Source of the DNA: Candidatus Omnitrophota bacterium
GTDB lineage: Bacteria > Omnitrophota > Gorgyraeia > 2-02-FULL-51-18
Direction of reading: 5' to 3'
NCBI GenBank assembly: GCA_016197155.1
Contig: JACPWF010000019.1
Span: 1,485-65,484, forward strand
Length of the DNA stretch: 64,000 nucleotides
The position numbers were made by a program, and so were the translations under genes. Numbering within the stretch: the stretch's first letter is position 1; the number at the start of each line of letters is the position of its first letter. This document shows, in pieces, positions 58,101 through 64,000 of the stretch. Under the pieces are notes generated by a model, which searched no databases, was not told the origin of the DNA, and saw nothing but the letters and a program-made list of their open reading frames with translations.

Positions 58101-61100
58101 TCCTGTCCCTTTCCGAAAGGAATGTACGCATTGACGGGGTTGGCGATCCGCGGAGGAACCGATTCATAAAAAATCACCTCGACCGGACGGCGGGCCCGGT
58201 TGACGTATTCTTGAACGGCCCGCCTCACAAAGCGTTCCTCGGGTTTGTTAAAACCGTCGTTCGGCACAATGAGAATCCGGGGGTCAAATCCGTTTAAATT
58301 ATTTGAAAGATCTTCCAAAGAAAAATGACGGACGGTATTTTTGTAGGCCAGCTTTTCAAATTCTCCGATCACCTCGCCAAAAAATGGCGCGGAATCGCCC
58401 TCTTCCAGCTCCACGACCGCAATCCCGGCATCTCTCGGAAGCGCGCCGTACTTTACTCCTTTGGCTTGCTCGTCCTGTGGAAGATTTGACAAAATCACGC
58501 CGCCCGCTTCCGGAAGCGGGAGAAACTGCCTCGCACCGGCCAGCCGGGCGGCAGGGGCAGGCATGGAGGGTTTTCCCGGCTTTTCGAACTCCCGGTAGAC
58601 CTCAACCATTAAAGTTAAAGGGGTCAAATCTTTCTTTGACTGCATGTTCCCCGCCAACCGCGCGGCGAGAGCGACAGGATTATTTCCAAAAATAAAAGGA
58701 TGTGTTATACTCTCCGCAATGCTCACGAAAAATTTCTGGACGGAGAAAAGGCTCGATGCGGTGGGCAAGACCTCTCTGACACTGTTCCAAGCGTTTTTGA
58801 TCGCCGCGGCGCTGGGAGGAATATTCGGTAAAATCGAGTCCGGTTGGCATAAGGCCCTGTTTGTCGCGGCAACCGTGATATTTTTGGCTTTGGGCATCAC
58901 TCTTTCGGATAACAAGCCAAAGGAGAAATAAAATGTTCGGACTAATAACTGCCATCGTGATCGGGCTGGTTCTATCCATCTGGATAGCCATTGAGCGGTA
59001 CCAGCAGAAACACCGGCATTCGCATTAATTCTTCCGCAATTCCACCCTTCCCTTCCCGCCTGATTTCCGTCTCCTGACAACTGTGTTAAAGGGGTCAAAT
59101 CTTTCTTTGACTGCATGTTCCCCGCCAATCGGGCGGCGCTGGGATTTTCTCGCCCTTCGCTGACTACTGTCTTCTGTCCACTGACTCCTGTCTCTTCTCC
59201 CGCCAGCCGCCCGCCACTAGGGCGTTGGCGCCCGTCCGCCGGATCTGTAGTGGCGGAGGCAGGCGCGGCGTTCGGGCTTATAGAGAAATAACGGTAGCGG
59301 TCTGCGCTCGAAGGATTTCCGGTTTGAATGAAACTGCAATTGTAATCTTTATCCGTAAAAAGCCTCCTAATCTTATCCAGCCGTTTATTGATCGCTTGAA
59401 GGTCCTCGGTATTTGTATTTGGTGGATAGGAAATACACACGCGCCATTCGCCGTCTGCCTCGGTTAAGACTGCGTCGTGATATTCCTGCGGTACTCCTCT
59501 GGCAAACTCAAGCATCTTGGAGGTATCCCCGGCAGTAAACCCCGCCAGGCGGGCCTGCCCGTCCGCCAGGCGCGCCCCCTGCCCTGAGCCTGCCGAAGGG
59601 GTGGCGCGGCGGGTAGCAAGAATACGGAGAATGCTTTCTTTCTCCGCCTCGTAATTTTTACCATGTTTGCCGGAAAGGGCTACCGCCTCCGAAAGCCCGG
59701 CGTCAAGATTCTCCTCGTTTTGGGCAAACCAGTTGACGCTTCGCACGGGCCCAAATGCTGGGGCGTCCGGACGCCCTCGCGTTTGAAGATAGGTCCGGAT
59801 CTTATGCATGATCTGATTGTTATCTCTGATAGTATCCGTTTGCGCCGGCCCATCCACCGTGATGACTGACTCCGCAATGAAGTCCTCGTCCACTCCGCTT
59901 CGTATTAGCAAAGCGATCAGGAGGAGTTTGAACTCTTTTCTCCTTTCACCAAATAAAATAGGGACTCTCTCTTGTTCTGCCTGGGCGGGATCCCTTTCGT
60001 TTTTTTGTCTTCCTCTGATTACCGCCCACCGGTTTCCGCCCACTACCCTTCCCCCCGCCAGGCGAGCGGCGGAAATGTCACTATGGGAGCGCAGTGGGTT
60101 TGGATAAGAGACCAGCGCTGACGGGAGAAGTTCATCGTCACTTTTTTCACCGGAAATTTTAAAGTCGGGTATTGTCTGCCTTGTCTCCAGATCAAAAGCG
60201 CTGAGCGAGCCGTTCCAATCCCTAATCACAACAAGCCGGGAGTCCTGAGAGATTTTGTAGGAGTAGACCGTTTTGGCTTCCAGGCCTGCTATTTTTTCTC
60301 CCGTGCTGAGATCAAAAACGTTGAGCGATTCGCCGGGCCAGCCGTGAATCACGATGAATTTGGAGTCCGGGGAAATCCGGAAGGAGTGGACGTCGGGGAT
60401 CGGGTTTCCTATTTTCTGTCCCGTTTTGAGATTAAAGATATCCAGCGAGTAATCGGCCGTGTACCAAACCACAACGAACCGGGAGTCCGGGGAAATGTCG
60501 AAAGATTCGACATTTTTAGAAGTTCTCAGAACGGGCGCTTCCTCTCCCGTGTTGAGATTGAAAGCGGCTAATGAGCCGTCGTTGTACAAAATCACAACGA
60601 ACTGACTGTCCCGAGAGAAAACGCGGGTAATTTCGTCGGCGCGGGCATTCACCACGAGCGCCATGGATCCGGAACTGCCGCTTATCGAAAAGGCCGTCCG
60701 CGGCGGGATCGAGATCGAATCTCCTTTGCGCAGAAAGATGCTCGGATACCCGTCCGTTTTCAGGTAGACACCGCCCTGCCCTTCCCCCACAAAAATTTGA
60801 GTTTCGTCCGGACGCGCCTCAAAGGATTGTTCGGTCGCGCCGTCCTCATAAAAGTAGCGGCGGAATTCAAGGTCGCCCTCCAGGATTTGCCGGAAAAGAG
60901 GTTCTTTTTTATCGGCAACGCGAACGATGCCCAAATCTTCGCGCGTGGTCCTGCCGTCCCGCTCCGAACGGACCTTGGCGGCATTATTTTTTCTGCGAAC
61001 ATAGGGCAGGCTGGTCATAAAAATAAGGTGCAGATCCCCGTCGCCGGTCGAGGTGATCGAGTGCATCGCCCCCGCCGGAATCATGAAAAAATCTCCGGCC

Positions 61101-64000
61101 TCAACTTCGATGGATCTTCTCCCGATGTGAACGACGCCCTTGCCCTCGCGGATATAATAAAATTCGGGATGCTTTCTTTGCCCGACATGGTGTTTGTGCT
61201 TGGGGAGGCGGCTTTCGCCGGTCAGGGAGGCGGTGTTCATCAAAACGCCGGGGCCTTTCTGCATGCGTCCCAATCGAATGCGCACCGAAGGATTCATGGG
61301 GGCGCGCTTAACGGCCGTCCCGAAACTCACGATTCGCCCGATCTTGCTCACCGTGGGATCTGTCAAAACAGTCGAAATCGCCCGCTCAAACCGCTCCTGC
61401 AAACTGACACCGGCCGTTTCTTTCAAATCCAGAAAGTTCCCGGCGATCGCCTTCGCCAAAGCGTAAGGGTGATAGCCTCCAGTGGCGCCTTCGACCACGA
61501 CTTGAAACGGGGAGTCCCTGCCAGGCCCTCGAGGGTTTACTTTCACAGTCAAGCGGCGCCCTTTAAAATCCGCCTCGACCGACTCTATTCCCGCTTTTGT
61601 TAATTCAGCGTCCGTGTACGCATTGTCACTCAATCGCGCGGCGGATTCACTCGAAGGCTTGAAAGGCTCGATCACGATCCTGCCGTGGACATGATCGACC
61701 GTTAAAGTAAATCGCTGATCAAAAGATCCGGCGGGCAACCGCTCTGTAATCATACGATCCAAATGGTTAGTTATGTTCGTTGTTTGTTTACCATCTCTAA
61801 GCGTCGGTAAATAAATGCTGTCGATGAACACGTCATTTCCTTTGTCTGAATAAAAGACCTGGACAAAGCCTGTGGGCGACACTGATTCCCAATGGGACAG
61901 GATGGACATAGCCTCCCTCACTAAATTACTCTCCCGAACCACCATCGGGTCGGCGGTGCGAGGCCCATGCTGTTCAGCTAAAGGGGTCAAATCTTTCTTT
62001 GACTGCATTTTCCCCGCCAACCGCGCGGCACTGGGATTTTCTCGCCCTTCGCTGACTACTGTCTTCTGTCTACTGACTTCTGTCTCTTCCCCTGCCAACC
62101 GCGCCGCTTTATACGTTCGTAGTTTTTCTGCTATCAACACCGGCCGCATGCCGTCCTTTAATTCTAAATCCCGAAATTCACGCACCAACATTAGTGAGCG
62201 ACGGTCATTTGGACGGAACATCGTTTTTGGAGATTGATACCCGGAGAATCTCCTTTCGTGAAAGAAAATATTGTACGCTTCAAAACGTTCGATTTCCTGG
62301 CTGGAAAAAGGCTGTCCGTCTTTACGTGTAACGGATAAACGAATAGTCCATGTCTCGGACGTCTTACAAATACCAATGGTCATCAGGTAGGGCCCGTGTT
62401 TTATTGACAACTCGTCTCTAAAATTACTCCGAGGGGGCCGCTCGTCACGAGCTTTCTTCACAGCGCCGACGATGAAGCCGGTAATTTGTTCCCGTTTATT
62501 TTCAAATATAAACCTGAGAAAACTGTCAACGAAAACTCCAAAACTCCGGTAGTTCAATAAATAGTAGATATAGTTAACAAAACTAAACATGGGAGAAAAG
62601 CCGATACTTGTCCCTAATTGTAAAATTTTATAGGGATAGCTAAAAAGTAAACCACCCAACACAAACAGCCATGGAAGAAATATTCCGTATCTAGAAAACT
62701 TCCATAGCCCATAGGTTACGGGTTTCCAATCGCTCTCTTTTGCAGGCATTTTGTTTTCCAGACTCGCCAGCCGCGCGGCAGATGCAGGCGAGGCGTGCCT
62801 TCTCGCCTCTTTCAAAAGTCTGTTGATTTCTCGGCCTTGCCGCGTTTGACCCCAACGTCTTTCTATGTTTCCTTCCTCAATGAAAGCTCTATGAGGATTC
62901 CCAGGAGACAAGCGAAAGAAATGCCTCGGGTCTATACGACCGGCCGCTTCATCCGCGACCACAAGAACGGCGTTCTGCGCCAGATGCATCCAGGAAGCCG
63001 TGGCGCTTGAATTAGGCGGCATCGCCCAAGAACGCCGGAGCGCTTCGGCTTTATGCGGACCGGCGACCATGAACAAATTGACCGAGTCTGGATTATTCGT
63101 GCGAAGCATAATGTCGCCGGTGCCCTGGGTGAAAGCGTACCTTGGAGTGACATCGTAATTGTCTAACGCATATTGAAAAGCCTCTTGAAAATGTTCGAGC
63201 GATGCAAACTGGTATTTTGTTTCCGGATAATGCCCGGCCAATTTGTCGAAAGTAATCTCTTCCAGCATCCCGGCCAAAATCTCGATCAAGTCCAAAAGAT
63301 GCGCGATGCCGCTGTCTCCCATAAAACGCAGGAAAAACGGATGAAAGGCTGGGCCGAAATGACCACGATTTTGCACTTGAGTGGCTTCCACCACTTGAGT
63401 CAAATGATCCGGCCTCAAAACTCTTAGAGACTGAGGAACTCTTTCCAGGGAATCGGGAATACGCAATCCGGGAAAGTGCTTCGCGGGGTCGCCTCTCCTT
63501 AGGTCTGGTGAAGGTAGGAGGAAAGGATCATTAAACGCATCATGTCCGGTTGTTCCAACGCCGTGAAGTTGAAGCAAAATCCTTTCTGCAGCTTCCATAA
63601 ATATAGCCATAAGCCTGACATAATTAACACTACTATCGACCCATGGAGATACAAAAACAGGCGGCGATAAAAACTGTCCTTTGATATGCTCAATCGGGAA
63701 TTTTCTTCCCAATAAATTGACCAACATCATGTAAAGCTGTTCTTCGCGGTAACTGGACAAAGCGTACACTTGCGGATCAGTGACCATCTTTTCACCGTCC
63801 ATAGGCGGCCAGAAATAATCATCCAACGTGGTCCATCGCTTGGCTTTGTCAAAAGCCTTTAAAGTAAATTGACCTGGAAACGCCTGTCCAATCAGGTTCC
63901 AAAGTCCCAAGGCTTTTCGCAGGCTTTCGGTGGTTCCACCGGTGGCCAGACCAAAATTGAACTGCTCCTCGGCCGCATGAACGAGAGCCAAAACAAGGTG
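52184..64000 (-). CDS. Giant modular protein (>3,935 aa; 5' end lies outside the window)
   Basis: The frame is stop-free from the window edge to TAA at 52186-52184. Recognisable modules: NagB-like, cupins, WD40-like repeats, PIG-L, REC-like and class II aldolase, separated by a recurring [AG]AR[LM][AS] peptide. Confidence 0.9.
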   Translation of the reverse strand, partial: HLVLALVHAAEEQFNFGLATGGTTESLRKALGLWNLIGQAFPGQFTLKAFDKAKRWTTLDDYFWPPMDGEKMVTDPQVYALSSYREEQLYMMLVNLLGRKFPIEHIKGQFLSPPVFVSPWVDSSVNYVRLMAIFMEAAERILLQLHGVGTTGHDAFNDPFLLPSPDLRRGDPAKHFPGLRIPDSLERVPQSLRVLRPDHLTQVVEATQVQNRGHFGPAFHPFFLRFMGDSGIAHLLDLIEILAGMLEEITFDKLAGHYPETKYQFASLEHFQEAFQYALDNYDVTPRYAFTQGTGDIMLRTNNPDSVNLFMVAGPHKAEALRRSWAMPPNSSATASWMHLAQNAVLVVADEAAGRIDPRHFFRLSPGNPHRAFIEEGNIERRWGQTRQGREINRLLKEARRHASPASAARLASLENKMPAKESDWKPVTYGLWKFSRYGIFLPWLFVLGGLLFSYPYKILQLGTSIGFSPMFSFVNYIYYLLNYRSFGVFVDSFLRFIFENKREQITGFIVGAVKKARDERPPRSNFRDELSIKHGPYLMTIGICKTSETWTIRLSVTRKDGQPFSSQEIERFEAYNIFFHERRFSGYQSPKTMFRPNDRRSLMLVREFRDLELKDGMRPVLIAEKLRTYKAARLAGEETEVSRQKTVVSEGRENPSAARLAGKMQSKKDLTPLAEQHGPRTADPMVVRESNLVREAMSILSHWESVSPTGFVQVFYSDKGNDVFIDSIYLPTLRDGKQTTNITNHLDRMITERLPAGSFDQRFTLTVDHVHGRIVIEPFKPSSESAARLSDNAYTDAELTKAGIESVEADFKGRRLTVKVNPRGPGRDSPFQVVVEGATGGYHPYALAKAIAGNFLDLKETAGVSLQERFERAISTVLTDPTVSKIGRIVSFGTAVKRAPMNPSVRIRLGRMQKGPGVLMNTASLTGESRLPKHKHHVGQRKHPEFYYIREGKGVVHIGRRSIEVEAGDFFMIPAGAMHSITSTGDGDLHLIFMTSLPYVRRKNNAAKVRSERDGRTTREDLGIVRVADKKEPLFRQILEGDLEFRRYFYEDGATEQSFEARPDETQIFVGEGQGGVYLKTDGYPSIFLRKGDSISIPPRTAFSISGSSGSMALVVNARADEITRVFSRDSQFVVILYNDGSLAAFNLNTGEEAPVLRTSKNVESFDISPDSRFVVVWYTADYSLDIFNLKTGQKIGNPIPDVHSFRISPDSKFIVIHGWPGESLNVFDLSTGEKIAGLEAKTVYSYKISQDSRLVVIRDWNGSLSAFDLETRQTIPDFKISGEKSDDELLPSALVSYPNPLRSHSDISAARLAGGRVVGGNRWAVIRGRQKNERDPAQAEQERVPILFGERRKEFKLLLIALLIRSGVDEDFIAESVITVDGPAQTDTIRDNNQIMHKIRTYLQTRGRPDAPAFGPVRSVNWFAQNEENLDAGLSEAVALSGKHGKNYEAEKESILRILATRRATPSAGSGQGARLADGQARLAGFTAGDTSKMLEFARGVPQEYHDAVLTEADGEWRVCISYPPNTNTEDLQAINKRLDKIRRLFTDKDYNCSFIQTGNPSSADRYRYFSISPNAAPASATTDPADGRQRPSGGRLAGEETGVSGQKTVVSEGRENPSAARLAGNMQSKKDLTPLTQLSGDGNQAGREGWNCGRINANAGVSAGTAQWLSRWIEPARSRWQLLVRTFYFSFGLLSERVMPKAKNITVAATNRALCQPDSILPNIPPSAAAIKNAWNSVREVLPTASSLFSVQKFFVSIAESITHPFIFGNNPVALAARLAGNMQSKKDLTPLTLMVEVYREFEKPGKPSMPAPAARLAGARQFLPLPEAGGVILSNLPQDEQAKGVKYGALPRDAGIAVVELEEGDSAPFFGEVIGEFEKLAYKNTVRHFSLEDLSNNLNGFDPRILIVPNDGFNKPEERFVRRAVQEYVNRARRPVEVIFYESVPPRIANPVNAYIPFGKGQEDLEKALSALRAHLTQLFRTGYEAVLKWLAKYGASMGKIRGLLEDSAGHANPVTVMHYDAEGNATPVTPEQAKNILGKISRAYPLVILSPHPDDDVIALAGLILNSLRAGISVQNWVAGAGDSGVARLSDDQVAAAIGYLKSLNEEEARAFWERIQREHGVYRRVISELDLEKLPGDARRDFETRYTTFGEVENLKLEVSHWTAGKEMSVGLEQVARRVIRRLEVEKASSILSEGMPKPLEVKWLDLLLPAYAHRVGGPPEWLWDEEYPTALGIARAYFKANRYAILTAKARGTPFIYILPHEEDSHPHHRTTTKLFRRAFLEAGKEVGLDSEKDMIEIDYLAPWAGGYNTYFFTNRTPGASDYFQAAIEYGFAIAVLIGELTADRFGLPSPKVEAMSGLKGNVWAQRGRREIFTPEIPGARLAGLAAQLPHVVVIGDARSTEKEMAALSGQYHVDSFDTVPAFLKSDGNPPDLVIAVYSGSNPTVLLEILTSLQEAHIDKSRILIVSGYTDTLGRAEQKGIAAIEQREMRSFENPEYPGRFLREVNRLIESAARTALTSEAQWLRGELQPLLARCQEEGLDYAVVSMRVGESVIFAGEATEEIEQIHRAIYEKNKKVQFIVQSRPAAAQALLAKRFDENEWNAPETLLPLVTPDHIALPKERGPLLLVDEDPKIAEAMTGHTVVMTTRHGLIAVGTNSREALFRAMVEVDSIRTRMVSEILGRPTGLSEEEANDLLGSPIELDRQAELEGKPVETKAEVMDLGENLASDHAIASAREVLTAVGRQIAQKRLVVGPGGNTSVRVRLQTSNGERDIILIKASGKAFEDMRPEEYVGVDLEAGHRVKGLGENLKPSSETAFHLAIYRARRDAQAVVHVHSPVATGFASSGNVGHTFRLREGEEPIVSIHYTFPGDPLAAEVGKKIVRVNELLLANHGTINVGVGFAGFPGEALRRAFNDAVEMETRAIQIFTETTSGSSAARLADSNRMWLAGFIASGMAVGALFGLIFENILLGLASGLVLGLIVYFISSPVSDSSQGARLSARSNASKGGISPVGLPQNPLPFDRWQAGDIVEVTTVGTFTGRKIVNRGQILRRLKRRINGALVDVVMVSGSLGIYSESDCERGFIRFIARPEESAGARLALRRGPSGLAQGFRGEGPTSPEQVERNETRRGLSRAQSRGARMATRIRGVVVRIYHWFGDLQTRDSFNRGLPIYFDSFVKQQANRKSQTPHAGAWEGEDTNDYAALALGMLDKIPAGSKRRLRLTDDFLKAYNAFFDTGNFANEDLLRDIFKNLENFKNPLAEPLLNVARKYNIGGVNKPRAQIQPDERRARPAAARLAGDGPETQRILMGRDEAVELLNNAVSEADRNYSLFAQSPSTMAKAQAPVYQQTARFLRSLASEAAGWESVPDTLRDWIERAGQNPIARDILSGLLSKRQELLALKLKAIEEAFDAAGADSRLVLRDTRTDEEYRIVKIPSARYLWTFGLRLFAENHFYGDGSNLVLTTEAPRGARLAEGQSIQAELLEKRPEVTSPDDRYLRFKLAPHAVNGKKSPGTLAHVRFILEHGGLFPEWAGRMIRAEIRKVADEVRGAHSEEGYRTRVSSIITGLDNGPQSYNYVDLWVFGPKKSSSAVRAARLAVTDSARKERRILAGSDPKFATSVSQKIIDQINDQSLLQFTVLVYDAQRKTGLIALDGRVLEIRLSEDGSLFVLGTGGAAVRIERKDYPFLLYQARHQASSTATAQIPSGIQISQADLKEALGAELMRIDRFTAAHEDLSKMAGAAELNVDDFYTRESSPYMTAMLAYTIVFESRRDPLARFVLRGDSARVEAIKKMTTGLGAAEAILDQAPRGMSPVKITDVNRPFAPRAGERYFYVNLKSPGLPNLNFILRAALTESRFAASDMAASNPVFVEWARAAGFPVNNLPQLLLVILGQTNDPRIIALYLYLPRPVPVGAQMRAFAFAARMAAQAV
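58683..58711 (+). promoter_or_regulatory. Extended -10 promoter for the nested antisense gene pair
   Basis: TTTCCA (58683-58688), 17 bp spacer, TG-T-TATACT (-10 at 58706-58711). The ATG lies 7 nt downstream, which is leaderless geometry. Confidence 0.55.
58719..58931 (+). CDS. Small two-TM membrane protein nested antisense in the giant ORF
   Basis: MLTKNFWTEKRLDAVGKTSLTLFQAFLIAAALGGIFGKIESGWHKALFVAATVIFLALGITLSDNKPKEK; has a promoter upstream. Confidence 0.6.
   Translation: MLTKNFWTEKRLDAVGKTSLTLFQAFLIAAALGGIFGKIESGWHKALFVAATVIFLALGITLSDNKPKEK
58933..59028 (+). CDS. 31-aa single-TM peptide nested antisense in the giant ORF
   Basis: AGGAG Shine-Dalgarno at 58921, ATG 1 nt after the previous stop; MFGLITAIVIGLVLSIWIAIERYQQKHRHSH. 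Confidence 0.55.
   Translation: MFGLITAIVIGLVLSIWIAIERYQQKHRHSH
59087..62107. repeat. ~125-bp dispersed repeat (59087-59215 and 61979-62107) in the giant ORF
   Basis: Both copies encode RLAGEET.VS.QKTVVSEGRENPSAARLAG.MQSKKDLTPL; offset 2,892 bp. Confidence 0.9.

Larger units (their letters stand above)
58614..59137. repeat. 53-bp direct repeats (58614-58666 and 59085-59137) flanking the antisense cassette
   Basis: GTTAAAGGGGTCAAATCTTTCTTTGACTGCATGTTCCCCGCCAA(C/T)CG(C/G)GCGGC; both encode AARLAGNMQSKKDLTPLT. Confidence 0.9.

Noticed and set aside
52184-63991. TTG at 63991 as the start of the giant protein
   Set aside because: The frame stays open to base 64000 and begins inside a NagB-like domain, so the true start lies outside the window.
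52184-64000. Inteins or integron attC sites as the explanation for the modular giant ORF
   Set aside because: I saw no C/S...HN-C/S/T intein ends and no RYYYAAC...GTTRRRY attC pattern at module boundaries, and there is no integrase in the window.

Overview
This is a GC-rich bacterial chromosome segment, almost all coded on the minus strand. The cell has an outer membrane (lolE, lnt, lptE, bamD). Gene content and the giant ORF suggest the PVC superphylum, probably Candidatus Omnitrophota (inference only). Positions 1-43.3 kb are housekeeping: lysS, a dinJ-yafQ toxin-antitoxin pair, lnt, secA, frameshifted prfB, uvrC, murJ, rpsT, holA, the riboflavin genes with nusB, rnpB, rnhA, two tRNAs, rpoD, dnaG, cvpA and rsmE. 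This part also holds a dcw cluster that has a degenerate ftsA, no ftsZ, and a murC-murB fusion broken by one in-frame TAG. Positions 43.3-50.8 kb hold a synthase-type exopolysaccharide operon: hybrid kinase, TPR proteins, a cellulose-synthase-like GT2, and GH26. The standout is the 3' part of a giant ORF of more than 3,935 aa (52184 to beyond 64000). It is built from unrelated modules (NagB-like, cupin, beta-propeller, PIG-L, REC-like, class II aldolase) separated by about 20 copies of a synonymously recoded [AG]AR[LM][AS] peptide. One module is a reverse-oriented two-gene unit with its own promoter. Small palindromic elements have also invaded secA, rnpB, two tRNA-Val remnants and the giant ORF.
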